Positions 50,301 to 59,774 of a DNA stretch of 64,000 bases are shown piece by piece. Numbering within the stretch: position 1 is the first letter of the stretch; each line of letters begins with the position of its first letter. The stretch is from IMG/VR virus record IMGVR_UViG_3300042895_001344, positions 62,001 through 126,000 of that record; one strand, written 5' to 3'. The translations under genes were made by a program, and so were the position numbers. The notes under the pieces are model-generated. The model saw only the letters and a list, made by a program, of their open reading frames with translations, was not told the origin of the DNA and did not search any database.

Positions 50301-51011
50301 TCTTGTAATACCAATCTCACATAAAGATTCATTTCCCCAAAAAGGATAAACTTGGATGATTTTATTTATACTAACAATTTGTGGTAAAGAGTCTAAATCT
50401 TCAGATTCTTTAAATGAGAATTTGTTTTTAAATCCATCGACATTTATTCCTTGTCTAATAAAATCATATGGTCTTAAAGAGAAACAACCGACATCAGATA
50501 AGTCAGCATCCATATGTATTGTTTGTGCACCAATAGGTACACCCCAAATCATAAAATCACCCGCACTATTTGTTTTAACTGTGTATTTGTAATATTTCTC
50601 ATATACCTCTAAAACTTCTTCTCTCTCTAAAATATTAGTTTGATCGGGAAACGTCCCCGTTTTTGCATGTCCACTATGTTGTTGTCTTGATGGTAATAAG
50701 TTATAACGATAATTATTTTCGTCTCTGTCAGTAACTTCCTTATATGGGTAAAGAGTAGAAATTACAGGATCCTTTTCATCTTCTATTGTTAATGGTACAA
50801 ATATTGATACTCTTACATTACCAAGTCCAAAACCATTGTTTGCAGTAACTCTACCACAGACAACTCCGTAATCAGAGCACATCGAAGTGTAAATCTCTTT
50901 TTGACTGAATTTTAAAGATAAAATCTCTAAAACGTCAAAATCTTGTTTTAACTCAACTGTAATTTTTTGGTCAACCCCAATATTGGTCGAAATTCTATGC
51001 TTTTGTATCAT
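47394..51011 (-). CDS. 1205-aa putative baseplate-associated protein with an N-terminal carboxypeptidase-regulatory/CnaB-like domain
   Basis: VCGRV...NVRVSIF...TNSAGDFMIWGVPIG; Cys-rich; internal hydrophobic segment. Confidence 0.65.
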   Translation of the reverse strand: MIQKHRISTNIGVDQKITVELKQDFDVLEILSLKFSQKEIYTSMCSDYGVVCGRVTANNGFGLGNVRVSIFVPLTIEDEKDPVISTLYPYKEVTDRDENNYRYNLLPSRQQHSGHAKTGTFPDQTNILEREEVLEVYEKYYKYTVKTNSAGDFMIWGVPIGAQTIHMDADLSDVGCFSLRPYDFIRQGINVDGFKNKFSFKESEDLDSLPQIVSINKIIQVYPFWGNESLCEIGITRTDFDLTENGVNIQPKAYVIGGIFTDSSKNAINKACTPRRKMGRKCDLVAKSGKIEAIRFTPQKDDNNYPRLEVVNINEDIPDDGGFVLPVIMNMDYVITNEFGENEITNDINRGIPTSGCYRFRINMNDNDLTRVRFNADYLLPNIREYQLTETLGGFSYDVPNDKSYAFSTSLSDYPSEALPLILNNDGGEYYPQDYFYRFTYNKVYTVSSFQQRYNGTNLIGQVGFANINDTIPSEEEDCGDKLTPPSNFGIKNYTFPLLIADFLLVLDFVIKFLTLQFLNFTIFILNTIVEALITISAKRNRGLRSRLTEFVINNQTKLSLINYPECVECSDESSTIGGGNGSGISYSGNSSCGYYDTLYDDNLVTGYFVTNNSNTSEFKGCGYNATLLPENIGRKYVQTNAQLKTELSAGNILISTAIYGGEKNVPESYYPYQSGNPFVSGIRDFSCEDWNYNGGYATPSARSEFANGVFYIIPGTQTPARLSGILREYYRRKRVGKMFCGGVVNYGFIDNWLSGSLYFLQFKAKGVTRAISSNNEKLIRYCRTLVRFVGNGINKFYYRSAKFKNGNFIPNELNHPTTFVDLGPRDEFIKEICIDKRLDPNCSVSRSIGPTSYQDIGDLLGLAINYRMDVGGALGNLDMFFTNKGFQNKIGLRQILDGDILQLLSINNEAGIEGFDLENSKYLAYQFNKLDPEIYPEVFKNGNSQYGPLPVTFDLKEDGERIRACLNEPGRLGWDSDTYGSSQKVPFYLWDKGGTGFGPYNEYKDSQSWDYSSVELQPLQGMTYAYNINGAPNDSSDKYLLLPMTYTFSGLTINGDGTDQIDFDIVDLDENPFDSSEDYGLEYPGFTYLHVTGFTNQLLSGGSGQYTKAPTGGTLYTRVGPVSGNSTYQGITITNGWHSQFWSSSIDYIIRPTIDYYSGNRQILSTPFHFYFGLMAGKTGMDKFVDLFGPKGAFNLLECENQVP

Positions 51012-51066
51012 TCTTATAATAAATAGAAACTATGTGATTTTCTATATATTATAACGAAAAAACATT

Positions 51067-52896
51067 TTAAAATGTAGCCGTTCCTAATGTTTTAACCCTA
51101 ACTTTAATATCTTTATTTGGGAATCTAATTTGGAAGATTTGATTTGACTTCATAAAGATCATATTATCGGACTGATTTATCAATCTAGTGTTTTGATCTG
51201 TTGTTTGTGATGGTTCTGCGGATGAATATTCACCACCTATTTTACTGTAAACTCTGGTCTCAATTACATTTATCACACCTGATACACTACCTACGATTTT
51301 GTTTAAAGCACCGATAAACAAAGGATCACCCATTTTACGTTTTTCTATTGCAAAATGTTCAATTGTATCCTGAATTACCGTTTGTATAATATCTGTTTGA
51401 TTTGCGTTTTTATCTATGTTTAAATCAATTTCTAACCCCATATCGATGACTTCACCACTTACAATATCCAAATAGTCATTAATCATTTTATATTCCGTAA
51501 GATAGGTTAAAATGTTTGATTTTAATGTATATGAAACAGTATCGGTTAAATTACCTTGGTCATCGTATGATAATAATTTAATTCTAATCTTATTATCTTC
51601 CTCCATAACATTAACCTTCGCAGGTGCTCCATATGTTGATGGCATCGTTTCAATTAATGATTTATAATCATTTAATGTTACCGCTCTATTTTGTGCTGCA
51701 AAGTTATATGAAACCATATTACGAATTTCTTCGATTGTTGGTTGATCTGCACCACCTACTGCAGGTGTTATATTATTAACTCTAAGTGATTGTACCACAC
51801 CAGTATTCTTTGCTGGTACAGGTCCTGAAACTATAAATTCAACATCATCTACGTTTGTAATTACATTCACCCCTAAGTTACTATCTTTACCACCACCCAC
51901 ACGATATTGTACAAATAATGTTGTATTAATTTTTGGTGTAGTTCCTAATGATAGATTATTTAAATAACTCGCCAAATTAACTTTCAATTGTCCTGTCATA
52001 TAGTTATCCAAATTGTCTAATGGATTAACTGTACCCGAACCAAATGTTAATGAAAAATAACCTTCAGGTGTATATTCTGTTATGAATTTATTATTTACAG
52101 GTAAAAATGTTCCTGCAGTAAAATTATTTGTATCTGATACAGATGTTGGGTCTGGTACAAATACTTTGTCTTGAATTAATGATTTAACCTCATACCACTT
52201 ATTTGTGATATTAGAAAATTCATTTGATGTTGGATTACTTGTAAAAGTTGTACCGTCCTTATGAATAACAGATGTTACTCCTAATACGTTTTGTTCAGGT
52301 AAGTATAATTTTAAGAAAGGTTTTTGATCCGCTTGGTTTATAACTCTTCTATAAATTTTTGTTATACCATTTACAACTGGTTCTCTTTTTGTAATTGTAT
52401 AAGATATTAATCTATTATTTACATCAAAATTTGGTATTTTTAATCTATTAGGTTCTCCTTTTTTATTAAATGGAACCGAAAAATCAATATCATCAATTGT
52501 TTCAAAAACTTGACCTCCACCTGAAACTTGTGCTCCACTTTTTAATATACCCAAATATCTAACATCTTCTTTATCTCCTCTTACATCTACAGTAATTGAG
52601 AAATCACATAACGCTACTGATGGTCTAACACCTGGTAATCTAATACCATATGTTTTTGCGATATGATATAATGATTGTCTTTGTTGTGCAAAATCCAACA
52701 TAGTTTCCTGCCAAACTCTATCAATATGAAAATGTAAATTATCCGCAACCGCGGCATTAATATCTAATAATACCGAATAAATCGATGCGTCGTTAAAATT
52801 TTTAACTAAATCAGGATAGTAATTTTTAGTTAATGTTACTAATTCATTTCTTAATCCCTGAAAATCTCTTGTTGCGTATGATATCTGTTTACTCAT
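51067..52896 (-). CDS. Baseplate wedge subunit (T4 gp6/Baseplate-J-like)
   Basis: YATRDFQGLR, ETMLDFAQQRQS, FGSG, YRVGGG, GGAD, QNRAVTLNDY. Confidence 0.88.
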   Translation of the reverse strand: MSKQISYATRDFQGLRNELVTLTKNYYPDLVKNFNDASIYSVLLDINAAVADNLHFHIDRVWQETMLDFAQQRQSLYHIAKTYGIRLPGVRPSVALCDFSITVDVRGDKEDVRYLGILKSGAQVSGGGQVFETIDDIDFSVPFNKKGEPNRLKIPNFDVNNRLISYTITKREPVVNGITKIYRRVINQADQKPFLKLYLPEQNVLGVTSVIHKDGTTFTSNPTSNEFSNITNKWYEVKSLIQDKVFVPDPTSVSDTNNFTAGTFLPVNNKFITEYTPEGYFSLTFGSGTVNPLDNLDNYMTGQLKVNLASYLNNLSLGTTPKINTTLFVQYRVGGGKDSNLGVNVITNVDDVEFIVSGPVPAKNTGVVQSLRVNNITPAVGGADQPTIEEIRNMVSYNFAAQNRAVTLNDYKSLIETMPSTYGAPAKVNVMEEDNKIRIKLLSYDDQGNLTDTVSYTLKSNILTYLTEYKMINDYLDIVSGEVIDMGLEIDLNIDKNANQTDIIQTVIQDTIEHFAIEKRKMGDPLFIGALNKIVGSVSGVINVIETRVYSKIGGEYSSAEPSQTTDQNTRLINQSDNMIFMKSNQIFQIRFPNKDIKVRVKTLGTATF

Positions 52897-52897
52897 C

Positions 52898-53350
52898 TTA
52901 TATGTTTAAAATTATAAAGTCGGAAGTTGAAAATGACCCGTTATTAACTGTATATTCTATTTTAACTACCGCCGTATATGGTTTTGTCGATTCATCAGAA
53001 ACCCTAAATAATCTTTCATCTTCATCTTGTGCGATACTTCTTTGTCGATTTGGATCGTCTTCCGCTGATGTTATAGATATATTTGTAATATCTAAGTTTG
53101 GTATGAATTTTTTAACTCCTTCTCTGATTTCTTCTTCAATTAAATTATATGTAATTGCGTCATTTTGATCGAAAATGTATTGATATATTCTTGTTCCAAA
53201 ATCAGGTAAGTAATATCTACTACCTTTTCTTGTTAAAATAAGGTGTATAAGATTGGCTCTAATCTCCTTTTCAGGGATTTCAGTCATATTAAGATAATCT
53301 CCTTTGGGGCTATCTCTAAATGGATAATCAATACCGTACGTTACTGCCAT
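52898..53350 (-). CDS. Baseplate wedge subunit (gp25/GPW-like)
   Basis: IRANLIHLILTRKGSRYYLPDFGTRI; start MAVTY at 53350. Confidence 0.88.
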   Translation of the reverse strand: MAVTYGIDYPFRDSPKGDYLNMTEIPEKEIRANLIHLILTRKGSRYYLPDFGTRIYQYIFDQNDAITYNLIEEEIREGVKKFIPNLDITNISITSAEDDPNRQRSIAQDEDERLFRVSDESTKPYTAVVKIEYTVNNGSFSTSDFIILNI

Positions 53351-53380
53351 ATTCAATAAATATAGATAAACCTAAAATGG

Positions 53381-53548
53381 TTATGTATCCTCTTTTATTT
53401 TTGAGTTCCCTTTTATAATATGTGGGGGGTCATAAGGACAATTTGCACATCCATTGGAACAACAATACCCTCGTTTCTGTAAAAACAAAGAAGTCAGGAC
53501 CATAAGCCCCGACTTCTCATCTATGTAATAATCTACTCCTTCTACCAT
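53381..53548 (-). CDS. 55-aa Cys-rich protein (DUF5522-like)
   Basis: MVEGVDYYIDEKSGLMVLTSLFLQKRGYCCSNGCANCPY...; TAATG-coupled to nrdJ; below the ORF-track cutoff. Confidence 0.8.
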   Translation of the reverse strand: MVEGVDYYIDEKSGLMVLTSLFLQKRGYCCSNGCANCPYDPPHIIKGNSKIKEDT

Positions 53549-55809
53549 TAGATACTTGTTACGTCACATTGTGCTCCACTACAAGCCTGAGCAGCATAGT
53601 CAGAAATACTCTTGTATTCTGGTTTATTCAAAATTTCACCGAAGTTTACTTCTTTGAATTGACGAGTAATAGTTTCCCACTTATAGAATAAATGAACGTC
53701 TTTTAAACAATAAACCATTTTCTTCATATCTCCTTTAAAGTAATTCTTAGCAAACTTTTTGGCTCTTGATAACCAATATTCTTTTAATAAAACTTGTTCT
53801 CTTGTTCCTGTTAATAAAATACTTCTATCGAGTAATGTGTCACAAGCCAACCATAAGTTTTGATTAAAGTAATGTAAACCATCAATAATTAAACCTGACG
53901 CTAATAATGATCCTTTACCATATGTTTCAATAACTTCATTTAAATTCAATACTGATGTAAATGGTGCTTGATTGAAATCTTTGTCTCCGTAATCTGACAT
54001 GAAACTAACAGCGGTAAATAAATCTCTTTGTTCCCAAATATAATCAACAATTGCATCTTTATCATCAATAATAACTGTACAAGATGTATTATGATTTACC
54101 GGCATGTAAGCACATAACTCAGGATTAGTTCCCGCATTTACCCAATGTTTTTGAACCAACTTAATTAACTCAAGGTGTTTAATACCTTTCATATCCTTTT
54201 TGAATAAACCAACTTTTGGATTTTCAACTGGAACAAATACAACGTAATCTGATTTAGTTGAAGACCATACACTTTCTTCTAATAAGAATCCCATGTTTTC
54301 TTCCAACCATTTTGCAGTATTACTTTCTTTATTCAACTGCATGATACGGAAATACTTCTCAGAGTGTTCAGGATGAATACCTGACGCAGTTCCTAACACA
54401 ACTGATGCATTACCTGAAGGTTTTACACACGTAGTTCTTGCCGCTTGGTTAATTCCAATTACCGCCGCTAATTCTTTATTAGCATCTTTTACAGCTTGTG
54501 CTCCTTCTTCTAATAATTCAGCATTAAATAATTTAGGATTATTCATCCAACCTGTAATACTAACACCTAACAAAGCTTCTCTTTCAAAGATCGCTTTACT
54601 TGTTTCACCTAAATAAGGGAAATTAGTATATCCCGCTTGTAATGTTCCTAAGAAAGAAGCATCTTTACAAGCCTTTAAAAACTTTTCTTTTGTTGTTGCC
54701 TTCTCAGCATTGATCTCGGTTAAATTACAACCTTGAATACCGAACTTAGATTTGTTGTCTTTAACATATTGTTCAACTTCATCATATTTGATTTTACCAA
54801 AATCAATTGTATCTAATACAGGGATTTTCATAATCTCAAAACATGGATTAAACATATCAAACCAACTGTTCGCAAAAACAAAACCAATATCATTTGCTCC
54901 GTCATTTAATTGTACCAAGTAATTGAATTGTTCTTTAACAACTTCACTTCTCAATAAAATAACTGAGTTATTACTACGACCTCTTTGTGGGTTTTCAATT
55001 CTCCAATTACCTGTCTTAGCGTGGATCATCTCATCATCATTAGGATCAACAATCATATTCAAAGCTGAACGTCTAACTCCTCCCGATAATACAGCATCCG
55101 CTGAATGACAAATAATATCAAACGCTAAAATAGGACGAATTTTTTCTCCTTCATTAGTTAACCACTTTTCAATTAAAGATTCTATTTTTTCTAAAGATTG
55201 TTTTAAACCTTCAGGACCAGGTGCTTTAAAACCACCGCTGATGAATGAACCTTTCTCACGAATTAAAGAATAATCTAATTTAACTTCATAACCTGCATAT
55301 TCAGGGAATGGTTGTTCGTCAACAAAGTAAGATGATAACAATACACCCAATGCGTTTGCCCAACCTTCAATTGAATCTTCAATATAAAAAGTTTTAGTTC
55401 CTAAAGTTCTTTTTTGTATTCTACTTAAATTATTTACAAAAGGAGTTAATAATCCTCCACCAAATCCACAACCAGATAATGCCAAGTAAAAAATCTCTTG
55501 AAATACTCTATTACGAGCAATGTGTCCTGATGTACAGTTAAACATTCTCGTGTTATGTTTCATAATTTGTTCGTGTCTGTATTGTAAGTTTCTTTGTGAA
55601 GCTAATACAGCTTGATCTTTCATACTCTCAACGGCAGATTGTAAATATGGTTCAATTGCCTCAGCATAATCTACATATTTTTTTCTGTGTCCGTCAATTA
55701 TGTTCTCACATGCGTCTTCCCACGTTTCATATCTTTTTTCATCTTCCTTCCATTTGAAATAATCTGAGTGTAACTTTAAGTCACTCAGAAATTTTTTACC
55801 TTTCTGCAT
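53548..55809 (-). CDS. nrdJ: Class II (adenosylcobalamin-dependent) ribonucleotide reductase
   Basis: FNC, GGVRRSA, NPCFEI (thiyl Cys), CNLTEIN, TCVKPSGNAS, C-terminal CSGAQC; no beta subunit adjacent. Confidence 0.85.
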   Translation of the reverse strand: MQKGKKFLSDLKLHSDYFKWKEDEKRYETWEDACENIIDGHRKKYVDYAEAIEPYLQSAVESMKDQAVLASQRNLQYRHEQIMKHNTRMFNCTSGHIARNRVFQEIFYLALSGCGFGGGLLTPFVNNLSRIQKRTLGTKTFYIEDSIEGWANALGVLLSSYFVDEQPFPEYAGYEVKLDYSLIREKGSFISGGFKAPGPEGLKQSLEKIESLIEKWLTNEGEKIRPILAFDIICHSADAVLSGGVRRSALNMIVDPNDDEMIHAKTGNWRIENPQRGRSNNSVILLRSEVVKEQFNYLVQLNDGANDIGFVFANSWFDMFNPCFEIMKIPVLDTIDFGKIKYDEVEQYVKDNKSKFGIQGCNLTEINAEKATTKEKFLKACKDASFLGTLQAGYTNFPYLGETSKAIFEREALLGVSITGWMNNPKLFNAELLEEGAQAVKDANKELAAVIGINQAARTTCVKPSGNASVVLGTASGIHPEHSEKYFRIMQLNKESNTAKWLEENMGFLLEESVWSSTKSDYVVFVPVENPKVGLFKKDMKGIKHLELIKLVQKHWVNAGTNPELCAYMPVNHNTSCTVIIDDKDAIVDYIWEQRDLFTAVSFMSDYGDKDFNQAPFTSVLNLNEVIETYGKGSLLASGLIIDGLHYFNQNLWLACDTLLDRSILLTGTREQVLLKEYWLSRAKKFAKNYFKGDMKKMVYCLKDVHLFYKWETITRQFKEVNFGEILNKPEYKSISDYAAQACSGAQCDVTSI

Positions 55810-55842
55810 TTGTTCTTTTTTCTTTTATGTTTGTTTTATTAA

Positions 55843-57219
55843 TTACTTTCCGGCCACTTGTTGTCTCCTTTTAAATGCTTCCGCCGCTCTATTAGCATTT
55901 ATCTGAACTTTTTGTTCTTCGTGTCCCAATAATGTATTTTGAGACTCTGTATCAATAAGAAGAAACTCGTTATTGAATTTACAGTTTTGGAATACAACAC
56001 CATCTCGACCAATACGAGATTTTAATAATGTAAGAGTTGCCAAGTTATGATCTTTTTGTTCTAATGTTTTACCAATAGATAATATAACGTGTGCAATTTG
56101 TGCTTTCTTAATTGACCCACCCATTTGATCTCCAGTTACTACTTCACTTGAAATTGACTCACGGTTACCTTGTGTTGCCGTCCATATTGCCATTTCAAAT
56201 TCTCCTGTCATTGATTCTAAACTTCTCATAATAGAACCTTCACCTTTCCATTCTTCACCATTTGTAGATTTATCAGTTGATATACAATCAACATAATCTA
56301 TAACTAATAAGTCTACTTTTTTAGTTCCGTCAGAATTCATCTTTCTGATTTTATTTTTAATCTCAGAAACTGTAACATTATCACTTGCTAATTTCAATAA
56401 CTTCAAACTACCTTTAGATTTAGCTTGAGCCTCTTCTACTTTAGCCTTTACTTCTTCTTTAAATTCAGGTTGACTATCAGGTGCAATCTCAGTCCAAATC
56501 GTATAGTGTTTTCTTTTAATATTACCTGGATTGTCCTCAAAGAAAATCTGAACAACGTTATAACCTAAGTTATATGCGGTATTAGCGAACTTAGTAAGTA
56601 AGGTAGTCTTACCAGTACCTGTAGGAGCTAATACAACCCCCAATTCTCCGATCCCTAACCCACCCTTAAGTAAGTTGTCAATCCCCACAATACCTGTCGG
56701 TAATGGGTGTCTAAAGTCCTTTTCTAACGCACCGTCAATATCATGAAATACATCCGTTGCTTCATCATTTGAAATACCAACTTGTAATGCCTTTTGAATA
56801 ATTTCCTCAATTTTATTATAAGCCTCAAACTCTCCACTCTCAATAATACTCTGTACACTTTTTAACTCTCTTTTTAAGTTTTGTTGTTTACAGAAGTTAA
56901 GTGCCGTGTCTTTAACATATTCAATTTGGGAATCATTATTTTTAATTGCTTCTAATGTGTCTACGTGAATTTTAGAGGAATCTTTGTTACCGCCTTCAGC
57001 CATGATTTTCTGTGCCAATGTATTATAATCAGGGATTTTGTTGTAATTCTTATACAACTCCTTTGTATTTTCCATAATAAATCTAAAAGAGTTATTATCA
57101 AAAAACTTACTATCTAATACATCAATAATTGTTTCTCCGTACTTCTTATCTTCAATGATCGCTTTAATAAGGGATTGTTGAAACGAAAACCCCAAATACC
57201 CAAAATTCCTTTCTTCCAT
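55843..57219 (-). CDS. Replicative DNA helicase (DnaB/gp41-like)
   Basis: APTGTGKT, VIDYVD, TATQGNR, LLKSRIG. Confidence 0.92.
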   Translation of the reverse strand: MEERNFGYLGFSFQQSLIKAIIEDKKYGETIIDVLDSKFFDNNSFRFIMENTKELYKNYNKIPDYNTLAQKIMAEGGNKDSSKIHVDTLEAIKNNDSQIEYVKDTALNFCKQQNLKRELKSVQSIIESGEFEAYNKIEEIIQKALQVGISNDEATDVFHDIDGALEKDFRHPLPTGIVGIDNLLKGGLGIGELGVVLAPTGTGKTTLLTKFANTAYNLGYNVVQIFFEDNPGNIKRKHYTIWTEIAPDSQPEFKEEVKAKVEEAQAKSKGSLKLLKLASDNVTVSEIKNKIRKMNSDGTKKVDLLVIDYVDCISTDKSTNGEEWKGEGSIMRSLESMTGEFEMAIWTATQGNRESISSEVVTGDQMGGSIKKAQIAHVILSIGKTLEQKDHNLATLTLLKSRIGRDGVVFQNCKFNNEFLLIDTESQNTLLGHEEQKVQINANRAAEAFKRRQQVAGK

Positions 57220-57244
57220 AGTGTTTATTATATATTGTTTTTTC

Positions 57245-57703
57245 TTATAATTCGTATCCTAAATAACTTGTCTCCAATTCTTCTGAAGACAAAATGTCTG
57301 TCAAATCTGACAAAATTCTCTTCAATCTTGGACGAATATCCACCGTGTATCTTGCCTTTGGATGATAAAGATATGCGGGATATAGTCTTTGAATAAATAC
57401 ATCCTCACCCAACTTAATTTCCATTAAAAAATGTTCTTTTTCTGGAATTGCCGACTCATCCACAACCTCCGAATGAAGGATATAGTTTTGATTCTCACAT
57501 AGGTAGTTGGAACTTTTTATTTTCAAATCTTCCATAAAATCCTCACAAATATTTTTTATATAATAGTGAAGATCCATTGAACGTCTGGATTGATCAACAT
57601 GATCTCTAACGTTAAAAAATCTTTGACATACGATATGTCCTTCTAATGACAACAAGAACTCAAATTTGGTTATGTTGTCTTGGTTTTGGTAATCTCTACT
57701 CAT
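57245..57703 (-). CDS. Hypothetical protein
   Basis: 152 aa in the replication operon. Confidence 0.7.
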   Translation of the reverse strand: MSRDYQNQDNITKFEFLLSLEGHIVCQRFFNVRDHVDQSRRSMDLHYYIKNICEDFMEDLKIKSSNYLCENQNYILHSEVVDESAIPEKEHFLMEIKLGEDVFIQRLYPAYLYHPKARYTVDIRPRLKRILSDLTDILSSEELETSYLGYEL

Positions 57704-58730
57704 AGGGTCTTACTTTAATTGTTTTTGTTTTATTATTATTTATGTTTTTTTCTTTTCTTGTTAATCTAAGAAAAGGATTTATAAAATTTATCCAAGCGTC
57801 TTCCGCTTTTGGTAAGATGTTGAAGATTCCGTCTTCTTGCATCATCTTCATTGCATTTTTATATGATCTACCTTCTTGGTCTAACGGTTCATTTATTAAT
57901 AGATCTATGGTTTCTTTTGCGTCGTCCGTTAAAAACGGTTCGTCCAAACTTACTATCCTATTGTTTACGTCGAAGAATTCCTCACCGAGTACACCGTGTT
58001 TTGTTACACCTGTCAATAAATTAGCAATTAACTTATTATGTTTGTCTTGTTCAAATAATTGGTTACATCTATCTCTAACCTGATCGACCGTAATTGGTTG
58101 ATTTCTTAGTTCAGGAACCAAAGACAATAATCTTTTAAGTCCCATTCCTCTTATTCCTGCAATGTTGTCTGATGAGTCCCCACAAATCATTTTAACTAAA
58201 CGAACATTTTCGATGAGAATTTCTTCGTGTTCGTAAACGATTATATCATTAGGTGAATATAATTTCCTATGTGATGGATTGTAAACTTGTGTGTTTTCTG
58301 AAACGAGTTGAGTTAAGTCCCCGTCTGATGAATAAATAATTTTCCTTTCGTTGGGTGAGTTTTGAGTATAGTAAGCGATGTTGTCATCAGTCTCACAATA
58401 CTCAAATTCCCCTTGTCTTACATAAACCTCTTCAAGATATTGTTTGATTCTATCTCTCTGATATAAGTAAGATTGTAAATCTTCTTCTGTTCTTACTCTT
58501 TGTCTTCTGTTTTCTTTGTAGTGTGAGTAAATCTTTCTTCTACATTGTGAACCTTCTAATCCGTCCCAAAAGACAACAATCTTATCTAATTGGTATTGTT
58601 CAAAAGATCTTCTTAAAGTGTTTAGAAAGTGGTAGATACCACCGATATGTGTTCCTTTATAAAACACGTTCTTTGCACCGTAATAACCAATAGTTAATAG
58701 ATTGTCTCCATCAACAAGTAAAACCGACAT
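57696..58730 (-). CDS. 5'-3' exonuclease (PolA N-terminal/T4 RNase H-like)
   Basis: LLVDG, VFWDG, YKENR, ETDD, SSDGDLTQL, GDSSDNIAGIRGMG. Confidence 0.92.
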   Translation of the reverse strand: MSVLLVDGDNLLTIGYYGAKNVFYKGTHIGGIYHFLNTLRRSFEQYQLDKIVVFWDGLEGSQCRRKIYSHYKENRRQRVRTEEDLQSYLYQRDRIKQYLEEVYVRQGEFEYCETDDNIAYYTQNSPNERKIIYSSDGDLTQLVSENTQVYNPSHRKLYSPNDIIVYEHEEILIENVRLVKMICGDSSDNIAGIRGMGLKRLLSLVPELRNQPITVDQVRDRCNQLFEQDKHNKLIANLLTGVTKHGVLGEEFFDVNNRIVSLDEPFLTDDAKETIDLLINEPLDQEGRSYKNAMKMMQEDGIFNILPKAEDAWINFINPFLRLTRKEKNINNNKTKTIKVRPYE

Positions 58731-58739
58731 TTGTTAAAT

Positions 58740-59720
58740 TTAAAGATCACTTTCTTCTGTTACAACTTCTACGTCTGCGATGTCTGTAACATTAACACCT
58801 AACATCTTACTGATGTAATCACCACTTTCTTTTTTATACTCCTCGATAGATTTCTTCTCTTCAGTGTCTTCTCTACCTGGCATAAATCCGTGTGATGTAA
58901 CCAAGATACGTCCATCCTCATATCCTAAACCATTGATGTGGTTTTTCATAATTGAGATTTTTGTTCTTGTTGCTATTTTAACTTTTCTCTTATCTTTTGT
59001 GATTGAGATTTTCGTTGTTCCTGCTCCTTTTTGATTACCAAATAAGAATACGATACTTGAGTTTAACCAAATTGCTTCTCCACCTTTTGCTTTAATCTTC
59101 GGTTGTCCGAAAGGATTATCAGGTAATTCTACCCAAGGTTGGTTAACAATGATTAATGTGTTCGTATAAGGTTTATCTGTCCTTCTTGAACCTGATATAC
59201 GTTGGTTGATACCCATTCCAATTTTGTCAGCCAAAACCGACGCGTTGTGTTGTTTACCACCTTTACCATCGTAAGTCATTTTACAAGGAACCGAACCTAC
59301 CGAATCCCAAAGGATTAATAAATCGTGAGGTAAATCTCCTTTCTCTTGTGCATCTAATAGTTCATTGATATATTCTGTGATTTGTTCGATATATTCAAAA
59401 TCACTATTGAAAAGATAATCTCCGTCTTTATTAAATCCCATTAATTCCGCATGATCCCAACTCCATTTTTGTTCGGTAATAACAAACACAGGAACGACTC
59501 CTTTCTTCTGTGCATCAACCGCAGCTTTTACGAGTGCCGTAGTTTTACCCGTATCACTATGTCCTAATAACATATTGATATGTCCCATTGCAGGACCTGG
59601 AATACCACAAGCGTCTAAGAAAGCGTCACCCAAATCAAAGAAACGATCTGGTTTATATTCTGCCTCTTTCGAGAACTTCTTTTTAATTGCTGAGAAATCA
59701 GTCTTTTTTATACCTGCCAT
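58740..59720 (-). CDS. uvsX: RecA/UvsX-like recombinase
   Basis: GHSDTGKT, WDSVG, IIVNQ, KGGEA, KNH. Confidence 0.88.
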   Translation of the reverse strand: MAGIKKTDFSAIKKKFSKEAEYKPDRFFDLGDAFLDACGIPGPAMGHINMLLGHSDTGKTTALVKAAVDAQKKGVVPVFVITEQKWSWDHAELMGFNKDGDYLFNSDFEYIEQITEYINELLDAQEKGDLPHDLLILWDSVGSVPCKMTYDGKGGKQHNASVLADKIGMGINQRISGSRRTDKPYTNTLIIVNQPWVELPDNPFGQPKIKAKGGEAIWLNSSIVFLFGNQKGAGTTKISITKDKRKVKIATRTKISIMKNHINGLGYEDGRILVTSHGFMPGREDTEEKKSIEEYKKESGDYISKMLGVNVTDIADVEVVTEESDL

Positions 59721-59731
59721 AATATTGTTTT

Positions 59732-59766
59732 AAAAATGGGGCTTCTGACGTTATCTCCACCCCTCC
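59732..59766 (-). terminator. GC-rich imperfect hairpin plus T run between ssb and uvsX
   Basis: GGGGT-GGAGATAACGTCAGAA-GCCCC-ATTTTT. Confidence 0.45.
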
Positions 59767-59774
59767 GTTAATAA

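Noticed and set aside
53548-59720. Introns or inteins in nrdJ, helicase or uvsX
   Set aside because: ORFs are uninterrupted and of normal length, with no intein or homing-endonuclease motifs seen.
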